Origin: an uncultured bacterium
GTDB lineage: Bacteria; Zixibacteria; MSB-5A5; CAIYYT01
Assembly (NCBI GenBank): GCA_963726455.1
Contig: CAVSCK010000003.1
Location: 224,001 to 288,000 of the forward strand
Direction of reading: 5' to 3'
Length of the DNA stretch: 64,000 bases
Numbering within the stretch: position 1 is the first letter of the stretch; each line of letters opens with the position of its first letter. The position numbers and the translations under genes are program-made. The notes under the pieces are model-generated. The model worked only from the letters and a program-made list of their open reading frames with translations. It was not told where the DNA came from and searched no databases. This document shows positions 1-10,079 of this stretch, piece after piece.

Positions 1-1300
1 AGTTGGCGGCGTTCTTATCCAATGTCGCCATCAGAGCAAAATCACTAATCTTGGCCACCCCCTGCTGGTCGAATAGAATATTCGCCGGCTTGAGATTGCC
101 ATGGATGATATTGTTCTTGTGCGCGAAGTCCATGCCGGTCGCGATCTGCAGCATCAGCTTGCGCGCATCCGGATGATGCATCGGTTTGACCATTCTGTCT
201 GCCAGCGAACCTCCCGGCGCATATTCCATCAACAGAACCAGCTTGGCATTGTCACTGCCGACGCCGAAGATCGGCAGTATGTTTGGATGTACCAGATTCG
301 ACAGGAGTCGTGATTCCCTCAGGCCGATATCCGGTTTCGTCTGCTTCTTGATTACATACAATTTCGCACTCAGACGATCTTCCACCAGGTACGTCGCTGC
401 ATAAACCCCAGACTTGAGCGTGTCCAGGAACGAATAGCTTTTCGAGAACACCTTGGCCTTGCCCATCATGCCGGCGTCTGCGACTGCTGTCTGGTCACTC
501 TTGTGCATAACTGCCAGGAGTGCATCCTTCATCTCGACGGCAGTCTGGAAACGGTCTGCCGGCCGGTATTCAAGCGCCTTGGCCACAATCTCGTCGTAAT
601 CGCGGGGAAGTCGTGAATCGATTCTTGAAGGAGGCGTGTACCGTCCGAGCGGTTTCCTGCCGGTCAGCACTTCGTACAACATCACGCCGGCAGCATAAAT
701 GTCCGTCGTCCGGTCGACACGCGATGAATCTTCTTTCTGTTCCGGCGACATGTATGCGAAGGTGCCGACCACGGCGCCGGTCTCGGTCAACTGCGGTGCT
801 TCCCCGCCCAGAAGTTGCGAGATGCCGAAGTCCGCGATCAGTGCATTATCTTCGCCGTCGACGAGAATGTTGGCGGGTTTGATGTCGCGATGTATGATTC
901 CATTCTTGTGGGCGTAATCAAGCCCCTTGAGAACCTGTACCACGATGTTCAGCTTGCGCTCCATAGACCAGGTGTTCATTTGCAGAATTGCCGAAAAATC
1001 CTTCCCTTCGACATACTGCATGATGAAATAGAGTCTGCCGTTGTCCTCGCCGCGGTCGAAGATCTGCACGATGTTTGGATGTGACATTTCCGCCAGCGTC
1101 GTTGCCTCGCGCTCGAACCGCTTGATCAATCCCGTCTGGTCACTGAGCCGACGATGCAATATCTTGATGGCCACTTTGCGGTTGAGCGACTTCTGCCGCG
1201 CCAGATAGATTTCCGCCAGACCACCCTCGCCGATCTTGCGGATGATCTCGTAATCGCCGATGGCGAATGCGTCGGGTATCTTCACTTTGGTCTGTGTCAT
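1..1300 (-). CDS. Ser/Thr protein kinase with two tandem kinase domains, the second degenerate; 3' end runs off the window
   Basis: Hand translation from ATG 1300 is open to position 1. Domain 1 has GEGGLAEIY, VAIK, HRDIKPANIL, DFG and GTFAYMSPE. Domain 2 has YVIK, HPNIL, MEYAPGGSL, HGNLKPANIL and DFA. Absent from the ORF track because there is no stop in the window. Confidence 0.93.
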   Translation of the reverse strand, partial: MTQTKVKIPDAFAIGDYEIIRKIGEGGLAEIYLARQKSLNRKVAIKILHRRLSDQTGLIKRFEREATTLAEMSHPNIVQIFDRGEDNGRLYFIMQYVEGKDFSAILQMNTWSMERKLNIVVQVLKGLDYAHKNGIIHRDIKPANILVDGEDNALIADFGISQLLGGEAPQLTETGAVVGTFAYMSPEQKEDSSRVDRTTDIYAAGVMLYEVLTGRKPLGRYTPPSRIDSRLPRDYDEIVAKALEYRPADRFQTAVEMKDALLAVMHKSDQTAVADAGMMGKAKVFSKSYSFLDTLKSGVYAATYLVEDRLSAKLYVIKKQTKPDIGLRESRLLSNLVHPNILPIFGVGSDNAKLVLLMEYAPGGSLADRMVKPMHHPDARKLMLQIATGMDFAHKNNIIHGNLKPANILFDQQGVAKISDFALMATLDKNAAN

Positions 1301-1477
1301 CGTCTGGTTCCGCAAATCGTGCTGCACCCCTAATCAGTATCATCGGAACAAAACTGATCGACCTTGAGCGAAATCTTCTTGATCCACAATGGCTTAGCAT
1401 GGCTGAGATCAAGGGCGTACGGAAACGGAATCGCGGCGTTTGTGTTCAGCGACTACATTGGTGTATATTCACCAAAG

Positions 1478-2902
1478 ATGGCACGAAGCAAAAATGATCT
1501 GCTCTCCGTTGACTTATTCTGCGATGTCCTGGCAAGTCTGATCCCGCGGTCAGATGTTGGCGCCTCCGGAAAACCCTTTTCGATTCTGGTCGCCCTTTCG
1601 GGTGGCCCCGATTCGGTTGCACTGTTGCATCTTATTCATGCCGCAGGCCAACGCATGCGATTCGCGGTTGAGGCAGCGCACCTCAACTACAAATTGCGCG
1701 GCGAAGACTCGGATCAGGACGAACAATTCTGCCGGAAAGTCTGCCGGGAACTGGGCATCAAGCTTCATGTGCAACTTACGGATTTAACTATGCGAAAACG
1801 CGGCTCGAACCTTCAGGCCGAAGCGCGTCGCGTGCGCTATGATTATTTCGAGAAAATTCGCTCACGCCACAAATCGATGTTGATCACCATTGCGCACAAC
1901 AAGACCGACAATGTCGAGACGATCCTGATGAACCTCGCACGCGGAGCGGGAACCTTCGGGCTCTCCGGAATCGAACCGGTGTCCGGATACGTCATCCGGC
2001 CGCTTCTCGATTTCTCGCGGGAGGATATTCTCGGTTATCTTCAGAAGCATCACTTCCCTTATCGTGTCGATCGGTCGAATCTGGAAGACAAGTACACGCG
2101 CAATAAGGTCAGGCAGCAACTGCTGCCGGCATTCACAAAGATTTTCGGCGGCGCCGCGCTCGACAATATCAACCGTGCCGGCCAGATAATTTCGGCACAG
2201 GAAGACTTTCTCCGAGGATATGTTGTGAAGCAATTGGAGCGCGACATCACAACTACGCCGTTTGGCAAGATAGCCCTTGATTTGAAGCGGTTCTCAGGAT
2301 ATGATGATTTCGTGAAGCGGCTCGCAGTTGTCTACTGCTTCGAGCGACTAACCGGCTCGATGAGAGAGTTCGATTCGGCGGCTGCAGAACGAGTTGTCGG
2401 CCTAAGCGACGGCGAAGGACAGGTGGACCTCAAGTCGAAAGTGATCGCCGAAGTCGCAGGCCGTCGGTTGTATTTGTATCGAAAGGACTCAGGTTCCGAA
2501 TCATACCGAGTAAGTCGAACCGGGACGACAAAACTACAGCGATTTGGTCTTGATTTGACGATCACCACCAATCTGGCATCCGCCCCGTCTCGAAAGACTG
2601 TGCGCTCCGGCAACAACTTTACCATCTTCCTGAACCAGGACAGATTGCGCGGCAAATTGTCGATAAGATCAGTAAAGGCCGGAGACCGGTTCAGGCCGCT
2701 GGGGATGAACGGATCGAAAAAACTCTCGGATTTCTTCGTCGATCGGCACATTGACCGCCCACTGCGCGAGGAAATTCCGCTGCTACTTTGCGGCGACAAA
2801 ATCGTATGGATAATTGGACACGAAATCGCCGATGAGTTCAAAATTGCGGATCGAACCACAGCGGCGGTCAAGTTGGAGGTAACTCCTTATCGCGAGCGTT
2901 AA
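1478..2902 (+). CDS. tilS: tRNA(Ile)-lysidine synthase
   Basis: PP-loop ALSGGPDS, AHNKTDNVET, RPLL, DRSN..YTRNKVR and C-terminal GSKKLSDFF...PLL. ATG 1478 preferred over the upstream TTG of the ORF track. Confidence 0.95.
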   Translation: MARSKNDLLSVDLFCDVLASLIPRSDVGASGKPFSILVALSGGPDSVALLHLIHAAGQRMRFAVEAAHLNYKLRGEDSDQDEQFCRKVCRELGIKLHVQLTDLTMRKRGSNLQAEARRVRYDYFEKIRSRHKSMLITIAHNKTDNVETILMNLARGAGTFGLSGIEPVSGYVIRPLLDFSREDILGYLQKHHFPYRVDRSNLEDKYTRNKVRQQLLPAFTKIFGGAALDNINRAGQIISAQEDFLRGYVVKQLERDITTTPFGKIALDLKRFSGYDDFVKRLAVVYCFERLTGSMREFDSAAAERVVGLSDGEGQVDLKSKVIAEVAGRRLYLYRKDSGSESYRVSRTGTTKLQRFGLDLTITTNLASAPSRKTVRSGNNFTIFLNQDRLRGKLSIRSVKAGDRFRPLGMNGSKKLSDFFVDRHIDRPLREEIPLLLCGDKIVWIIGHEIADEFKIADRTTAAVKLEVTPYRER

Positions 2903-2942
2903 TATCGATCACCAACTGGAAATCCTGATCAACAAAGCCCGG

Positions 2943-3440
2943 TTGCAGGAGCGCATTGCCGAACTGGCACAGGACATCACGCGTGATTACAGCGACAAGC
3001 GGCCGCTTCTGATCGGCACGTTGAAGGGCTGCTTTGCTTTTCTGTCCCACTTGGCACTCGAACTTGATTTTGACCTCGAGATAGACTTTATTTCGGCGCG
3101 ATCGTACGGAGATTCCGACCGGACATCGGGACGCGTCGACTTGTTCAAGTATCTGTCGATCGACGTTCGTGATCGGCATGTCCTGCTCGTGGAGGATATC
3201 GTCGATTCGGGTCTTACGCTGCGCATCCTGCTGGAGGATTTTCAGTTGGCCAGGCCCAAGTCGGTCGAGGTAGTAACGTTGCTCAACAAGCACCAGAGCC
3301 ATCGCGTCGAGGTGCCGATCAAGTACGTCGGGTTCGATATCGGCGATGAATTCGTGGTCGGCTTTGGACTTGACTTTTCGGAGAAGTACCGGAACTTACC
3401 GTACATAGCCGTGTTAAATCGTATGAACAGGAACCCCTAG
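2943..3440 (+). CDS. hpt: Hypoxanthine phosphoribosyltransferase
   Basis: PRPP motif VLLVEDIVDSGLTL and FVVGFGLDFSEKYRNLPYI; canonical tilS-hpt-ftsH order. True start may be a few codons upstream. Confidence 0.95.
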   Translation: MQERIAELAQDITRDYSDKRPLLIGTLKGCFAFLSHLALELDFDLEIDFISARSYGDSDRTSGRVDLFKYLSIDVRDRHVLLVEDIVDSGLTLRILLEDFQLARPKSVEVVTLLNKHQSHRVEVPIKYVGFDIGDEFVVGFGLDFSEKYRNLPYIAVLNRMNRNP

Positions 3441-3459
3441 TTGGTTGGAGTAAAGGCAC

Positions 3460-5410
3460 TTGGACAGCAATCTCGAAAGAAGACCTAATTTACCACCGCA
3501 ACAACCCAAACGCGGAGAAGATCCGAAGGGCGGTAACGATTCGAACTGGAAACGCAATTCCCGGACGATTTTCTTCTGGCTTGTTTTTCTCACTATAGTC
3601 GTTCTGCTGCTCAAGTACGTTGCGTCGCCGCACACTGAGCGGACGCTCATTTCCTACACTGACCTGCTCGACCAACTCAAGAAGAATAATATCGAAGAAG
3701 TTACTTTTGTCGACCGCGAGGTACGCGGAAAATTCAAAGCCAAGTTCGTGCCGTCCGATCTCAAGGGCAAGTCCGACGGCATCGACAACTTCCAGGCGAT
3801 GATTCCGTTTAGCGATCCCTCGCTGGTCAGCAAACTCGATTCTGCCGGTGTCAAAATCAGCGCCGAGAAAGTCCGAGGATAACTGGTTAAGCTATCTTGT
3901 CAGCTTCGCTCCATTCCTGCTGATTGTCCTCTTCTGGATATTCATTATGCGCCAAATGCAGGGCGGCGGCCCCAAGAATCTATTCAGTTTCGGTAAGTCA
4001 CGCGCCAAGCTTCTGAGTGAAGACCGTCCCAAGGTCACTTTCAACGATGTCGCCGGTGCGGACGAAGCCAAAGAAGAACTGCAGGAAGTTATCGAGTTCC
4101 TGAAAGAGCCGGGCAAATTCCAGCGGCTCGGCGGCAAAATTCCCAAAGGCGCTCTTCTAATCGGCCCTCCCGGAACCGGCAAGACCTTGCTGGCGCGCGC
4201 CGTCGCCGGCGAAGCGGGTGTTCCTTTCTTCTCGATGTCCGGTTCTGATTTCGTGGAAATGTTCGTCGGCGTGGGCGCATCCCGCGTCCGCGATCTGTTC
4301 GATCAGGGCAAAAAGAATGCTCCGTGCATCATCTTCATAGATGAAATCGACGCGGTGGGCCGTTTGCGAGGGGCCGGCCTCGGCGGCGGACATGACGAAC
4401 GCGAGCAGACACTAAACCAGTTGTTGGTCGAGATGGACGGTTTCGAATCCAACGACGGCGTCATCCTCGTCGCGGCCACCAACCGTCCCGATGTACTCGA
4501 TCCGGCGCTGCTTCGTCCGGGACGATTCGACCGCCAGATTGTGGTCAACCTGCCCGACGTCAAAGGCCGTGAAGGTATCCTGCAAGTGCATATGCGAAAG
4601 CTGAATCTTTCCGATGATGTTGATATGAAGGTCATCGCCCGTGGTACCCCCGGCATGTCGGGCGCCGATCTCGCGAACGTCGTAAACGAGGCGGCTCTGC
4701 TGGCTGCGCGGCACAATGGTGACAAAGTCGCCATGAAGGACTTTGAACAAGCCAAAGATAAAGTCATGATGGGCGCCGAACGCCGGTCATTGGTAATTTC
4801 CGAAGAGGAAAAGCGCACGACGGCCTATCATGAAGCCGGTCACGCCTTGGTGGGCAAACTTCTTCCCAAGGCCGACCCGGTGTATAAAGTAACGATCATA
4901 CCACGAGGTTTGGCACTGGGTGTAACCAGTTTCCTGCCGATCGAGGAAAAGCATACTTATTCCAAAGAATATCTCGAAACGAAGCTCGTCTACCTCATGG
5001 GCGGACGTGCCGCCGAAAAGCTTATTTTCGATCAGTTCACTACGGGCGCCGGCAATGACATCGAACGCGCGACTGAGTTGGCGCGCAAGATGGTTTGTTC
5101 CTGGGGCATGTCGGATAAACTCGGCCCGTTGACATTCGGCAAAAAGACGGAAGAAATATTCCTCGGACGCGAAATCGCCCAACACCGCGACTATTCGGAG
5201 AAGACGGCGATGGCAATCGACGAGGAAGTCCGAGGTATTGTCGAGCATTCTTACGCCAACGCGGAGGAGATTCTGCAGGGCAATCTTGACAAACTGCATA
5301 ATCTCGCGACGGCGCTTTTGGAACACGAGATTCTCGACAGCGACGACATCGACATTATCTTGCGCGGCGAGAAACTGGCCAGAATACCTGCTAACGCACG
5401 GAAAGCATGA
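3460..5410 (+). CDS. ftsH: ATP-dependent zinc metalloprotease FtsH (1-nt frameshift near 3870, likely sequencing error)
   Basis: ORF 3460-3882 (TM1 plus periplasmic part) joins ORF 3848-5410 (TM2, [25 protein letters not shown]). The break is at the run gagaaag. Confidence 0.96.
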
Positions 5411-6262
5411 TCAACAAGGCTTCGAGGGCAGTCGACCAAGTTACGCCGCTATTTAACAATTCAAATCATATTATAGTTATGGGTGTGGTAAATACCACAC
5501 CCGATTCTTTTTCCGACGGTGGCAAGTTCTTTGACACCGAACGCGCGGTGGAGCGCGCTCTGCAATTGGTCGCGGACGGCGCCGATATCATTGACATCGG
5601 CGGCGAATCCTCACGACCGGGAGCTGATCCCGTTTCGACCGACGAAGAACTACGCCGCGTCCTTCCCGTCATCGAAAGGCTGATTCCACAGATCGACGTA
5701 CCGATTTCTGTCGACACCTACAAATCACAGATCGCACGGCAGGCGCTGGCAGCCGGAGCGGCTATCGTCAACGATATCTCGGCCCTTTCCTCCGACAGGC
5801 AATTGGCGCAGGTCGTCGCCGAGTTCAACGCCGGACTTGATTCTGATGCATAAACGCGGCGCTCCTAAAGTGATGCAGGTCGATACGCGTTATGACGATC
5901 TAATATCGGAGATCACAAAACAGCTCGCGGAAGCAGTTGCGAGTGCCGAAGCCGCGGGTGTTTCACCCGACAAAATTATGATCGATCCCGGCATCGGCTT
6001 TGGAAAAGACCTTGCGGGAAATCTGGAAATCATTAAATCTATAGGGAGCTTTGCAGAACTCGGCAAACCGGTGCTTATCGGCGCTTCACGCAAGTCATTC
6101 CTCGGCCTTATCACCGGCGCCGACGTGGAACATCGGCTTTCCGGCTCGCTGGCTGCGGCAACCGCGGCGATTCTTTACGGTGCTGCAGCAGTGCGCGTAC
6201 ATGATGTAAAGGAAACCAGGCAGGCAGTGGATGTCGCGCTGCAATTGCGACAGGTGAAGTAA
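5407..6262 (+). CDS. folP: Dihydropteroate synthase (frameshift near 5836)
   Basis: [15 protein letters not shown] and [11 protein letters not shown] in the first fragment; [20 protein letters not shown] and RVHDV in the second. Confidence 0.95.
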
Positions 6263-7023
6263 TGGCGTTGTTCAGTTACAAGTTCATCAGATTCACCCTG
6301 ATTGACCTGCTCGACGTGCTGGTCGTCGCTTTCATCTTCTACAAATTTCTGACCCTGCTCAAAGGCACCCGCGCGGCGCAGATGATCACCGGCCTGACCA
6401 TCATGTTCATCGTCGCCTTCTTCGCCTTTTGGTTTCAGTTGCAAGGGCTCATGTGGCTTTTCTCCAATCTGGCCACCGTCGGTTTTATCGTTCTGGTGAT
6501 TCTTTTCCAGCCGGAGATTCGCGGCGCGCTGGCGCAGATCGGCTTTTCGCGTATCACCAAGTTCTTCTATCGAGGCGAGGACTACGCAACCGTCGAGGAA
6601 ATCTGCCGCGCTGTTCTCAAACTCTCAGTACTGAGCCACGGCGCGCTGATTGTGATCGAGCGCAATATCGGACTGCGCGATTTCGTGCAGAGCGGCAAAG
6701 AGATCAACTCGAAAGTATCCGAGGAGTTGATAACCACGATCTTCACGCCTTACACATCTCTCCACGACGGTGCAGTCATCATCCGTCAGGACTTGATCGT
6801 TGCCGCCGGTTGCATGCTGCCGCTATCGCAGAATCCCGCCTACCATAAGATGTTCGGTATGCGCCACAAAGCCGGTGTCGGCATCACCGAGGAATCGGAT
6901 GCGGTCTGCATAATCGTGAGCGAAGAAACCGGCGCCATATCGATCGCCCTTGAGGGCGCACTGCGCCGCGATATCGAGCGTTCCCAGTTCAAAGAAATCC
7001 TGATCCGTTTCCTCAAGGCCTGA
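6262..7023 (+). CDS. cdaA: Diadenylate cyclase CdaA
   Basis: Three N-terminal TM helices, ILFQPEIR, GALIVIER, LHDGAVII, GMRHKAG and VSEETGAIS. Confidence 0.93.
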   Translation: MALFSYKFIRFTLIDLLDVLVVAFIFYKFLTLLKGTRAAQMITGLTIMFIVAFFAFWFQLQGLMWLFSNLATVGFIVLVILFQPEIRGALAQIGFSRITKFFYRGEDYATVEEICRAVLKLSVLSHGALIVIERNIGLRDFVQSGKEINSKVSEELITTIFTPYTSLHDGAVIIRQDLIVAAGCMLPLSQNPAYHKMFGMRHKAGVGITEESDAVCIIVSEETGAISIALEGALRRDIERSQFKEILIRFLKA

Positions 7024-7274
7024 GACTATTCTCTGAAGGTTGTCCCGTAGGACTCATACAGCGCAGTTGCGGCGGGTCTTGATTTCGCGCGTTGTTTGGG
7101 AAGCCCTTGATAGTTTCTGATTTCCAGCGCGAAATTGTGACCTGCCGCTCTTGCGATCTGTCGAAAGTTGAACTAATGGGACACCGTCTCCAGCGAATAA
7201 CTTCACAATCCTTGACGTTGTCTCTTAGTTTGCGTATATCTGCGTTCACGTATGATGCTCAGTAGGAGTTACAA

Positions 7275-8480
7275 TTGACCGCCGTCATTATCGCCCTCAT
7301 CGCCGGACTCGCCATCGGATTGGCTTTGGCCTACGTGCTCAAGATTCAGCAAGCCGGACAGGCGCGCGAACTGGCACAGGAGCTGTTTCGCGAGGCCGAA
7401 TCACAGCGCCAGGCGAACGTCGATGCTGTCATTGAAAACGTCAAAGCGACTTTCGGCAGTATGTCGCTTGATGCTCTCTCAAAATCTACCGAGGAATTCC
7501 TGAAACTCGCCAAAGCTCGCCTCGACACCGAGCGCGAGGCATCGGCGAAAGATCTCGACTCCAAGAAGTCTCTGATTGATCAGCAACTGCAAAACATGAC
7601 CTCGCAGCTCGAACAGGTGTCGCGGACTATCAATGATCTCGAAAAGGACCGGGTCGCCAAATTCGGCGAACTGTCGAGTTCCCTCCGCTCGCACGCGGAA
7701 CAAACCCAATCACTCATGCAGACTACTGCCGCCTTGCGCCAGGCATTGTCGAGCACCAAAGCTCGCGGCCAGTGGGGCGAACGGATGGCCGAGGATGTCC
7801 TGCGCCTTGCCGGCTTCGTCGAAAATATCAATTACGAAAAGCAGAAGAAGATCGAATCCTCCGGCAAGATTCCTGACTTTACGTTCTATCTGCCGCAGCA
7901 TCTGCAACTCAACATGGATGTCAAATTCCCGCTCGATAACTACCTCCGCTATCAGGAAGCGAACAGCGACAATGACCGCACCCGGCATCTCAGCGATTTC
8001 CTTCGCGATGTTCGCAACCGCGTCAAGGAAGTCACCTCGCGCGATTACATAAACCCCGAACAGAACACGGTCGATTACGTGCTGCTCTTTATTCCCAATG
8101 AGCAGGTTTACGCCTTCATTCAGGAGCAGGACCAGAGTATCCTGGACGACGCGCTTCGCAGCAAAGTCGTCTTCTGCTCCCCGCTCACGCTCTACGCCAT
8201 ACTTGCTGTCATTCGGCAGGCGGTGGACAATTTCGCACTGGAAAAAACATCACATCACATCCTGGCACTCTACGGCGAATTTCAAAAACAGTGGTCGGAA
8301 TTCGTGAAGGGCATGGACAAGCTGGGTGACCGGCTCCGCGCGGCACAAAAGGAATATGACGACATGACCGGTGTGCGCCAACGGCAACTCGACCGCGTTC
8401 TTGGCAAGATCGAAAACGTGCGCACGCAGTCCGGCATTCCGGAAGCCAATCGCATCGAGATAGACGACAATTCGCAATAG
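7275..8480 (+). CDS. rmuC: DNA recombination protein RmuC
   Basis: N-terminal TM, coiled coil, KARGQWGE, PD...MDVKFP and DYVLLFIPNE; TTG start with AGGAG RBS. Confidence 0.93.
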   Translation: MTAVIIALIAGLAIGLALAYVLKIQQAGQARELAQELFREAESQRQANVDAVIENVKATFGSMSLDALSKSTEEFLKLAKARLDTEREASAKDLDSKKSLIDQQLQNMTSQLEQVSRTINDLEKDRVAKFGELSSSLRSHAEQTQSLMQTTAALRQALSSTKARGQWGERMAEDVLRLAGFVENINYEKQKKIESSGKIPDFTFYLPQHLQLNMDVKFPLDNYLRYQEANSDNDRTRHLSDFLRDVRNRVKEVTSRDYINPEQNTVDYVLLFIPNEQVYAFIQEQDQSILDDALRSKVVFCSPLTLYAILAVIRQAVDNFALEKTSHHILALYGEFQKQWSEFVKGMDKLGDRLRAAQKEYDDMTGVRQRQLDRVLGKIENVRTQSGIPEANRIEIDDNSQ

Positions 8481-8520
8481 CGTATTTCCCCTTTTTAGAC
8501 AGATCAGGATGATACAAATA

Positions 8521-8548
8521 CAAAGGGCACCCATGCGGGTGCCCTTTG
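8521..8548. terminator. Hairpin between convergent genes (probable bidirectional terminator)
   Basis: Perfect 12-bp stem caaagggcaccc-atgc-gggtgccctttg. Confidence 0.75.
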
Positions 8549-8570
8549 GAAGTACTGTAATACTATTTCG

Positions 8571-10079
8571 CTACGGCTTCAGCGTCACCGGCGCCTTTTT
8601 CGGCGCGATCTTCGCGAAAGCTGTTCCCGGGTTGGTGTCAGTTATGACGTTCTTCACCACAAGCGCACCGCTCGGAGTCAGGTCGAATACGTACCACCAC
8701 AATCCTGTTCCCGTTGTCGGAACGCTGAAACTTTGCATCAGCGCCGATCCCTTGTACAGATCCACGCGCGCCGTTGAGGTCGTGATGGCCGGAGTAGTCG
8801 AATAATTGTAGACCGCATACTTGCAGGTGTCACTCAATCTGCCGATCGTAATCGTTTCCGGTCCATAGCCCATCGTTTGATCGATGTCGAGTAACACATA
8901 CGGTATGGTGTCCAAAGACCCCTTGTTCGCGAAGTAAATCTCATCTCCCAGAGTCCAGAGATGCGCGTCCAGATCGTGCGGCGTCGCGCCCCAGGAGAGA
9001 ACCACGCGATACTGCCCCGTGTCCAAGATCGGCGTAATGATGAAATTGGCTTGGAACGTCGCCTGGAACAATTCCACCGCGCGGTTGGAACCGATATAGC
9101 CATTACGCGTCACCGACAGATTGTAGCTTCCGTAAGGCAGCTCGGCAAACTGGTACAGTCCGCTGGTATCCGTAAACAGCGACCGCTGCGTCGGTCCCGT
9201 CAAGTATACATAGACGCTGTCCAACGAAAGGCCGGTCAAGGCATTGCTGATTCTGCCGTTGATGCTTCCGGTTCCGGTTGACTGAATACTCAGCGTCTGG
9301 CCGTCGGCAACAAATCTGCTATCCGACAATTCTGGAATCGTGGTCTCAATGTCCAGCAGACTCTGGACCGTCATCGTCAGCGTTGTCACACCGCCGGAGA
9401 TCGGCGTAAACCATATTTCAACTAGTTCCGGTGCGTTTGCAGGCACGAGATCGCTGTTTCCCTGGCGCGAGAAATTCACCGCCAGATGTGTGCGAACTGC
9501 CTCAGCGCCGACTGACACCGGCCCCCAGGCCGTATTTGCCGCGCGAACGCTGTCGAATCTTATCACGTTATTGTCAAATACTATCTCGACCAGCCCACTG
9601 GAAAGACGCGCGATATCGTACACCTCCAGCGTGCTCTTAAACGGCACGCCCGCAAAAACCGCGCTGCTGTAATACGGTGACAACTTCACCATCGGCACTG
9701 ACGGCATCAGTTGTATCACGACCGTTGTGTTCACGCCGGGCGCTATTACGGCGGTTGTATCACCCGTATAGATGGCATGGTTGACGGAATCAAGCCCGCT
9801 CAAACTGAACGCGGCACTGCCCGAACTAAGATTGATTTGGCCAAATGAAAACTGTCCGTTGGTAACGTTGACCGTATCGCGATGAACAATCGCATCGTTC
9901 TGCGCGATCTGTAACGCAACTCTCCGCACAGTGTGCTCCAGAGAACTCTCCAGGAACGATACCTTCATCGCCGTGCTTGTCCGCGACGGCTGCGTTGGCC
10001 TGTCCGTGCTGCAGTTGATTGAAAGCAACAGTGCGCTCAGCAGCGCCAGTGTCAGAAACTTCACTTGCTTCATAGTCAT
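8571..10079 (-). CDS. Lipoprotein with cohesin-like, carboxypeptidase-regulatory-like and YfaP/DUF2135-like domains
   Basis: Lipobox LLSINC. Cohesin-like segment FKSTLEVYDIARLSSGLVEIVFDNNVIRFDSV...ELVEIWFTPISGGVTTLTM. GSINGRI...TDTSGLYQF..LPYGSYNLSVTRNGY. VVLSWG..DLDAHL...LDIDQTMGYGPETITI. Confidence 0.75.
   Translation of the reverse strand: MTMKQVKFLTLALLSALLLSINCSTDRPTQPSRTSTAMKVSFLESSLEHTVRRVALQIAQNDAIVHRDTVNVTNGQFSFGQINLSSGSAAFSLSGLDSVNHAIYTGDTTAVIAPGVNTTVVIQLMPSVPMVKLSPYYSSAVFAGVPFKSTLEVYDIARLSSGLVEIVFDNNVIRFDSVRAANTAWGPVSVGAEAVRTHLAVNFSRQGNSDLVPANAPELVEIWFTPISGGVTTLTMTVQSLLDIETTIPELSDSRFVADGQTLSIQSTGTGSINGRISNALTGLSLDSVYVYLTGPTQRSLFTDTSGLYQFAELPYGSYNLSVTRNGYIGSNRAVELFQATFQANFIITPILDTGQYRVVLSWGATPHDLDAHLWTLGDEIYFANKGSLDTIPYVLLDIDQTMGYGPETITIGRLSDTCKYAVYNYSTTPAITTSTARVDLYKGSALMQSFSVPTTGTGLWWYVFDLTPSGALVVKNVITDTNPGTAFAKIAPKKAPVTLKP

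Noticed and set aside
1340-1370. Sigma-28-like promoter (TCAA-N16-TCCGATGA) upstream of the kinase
   Set aside because: Spacing is off by one and there are several mismatches; too weak to call.
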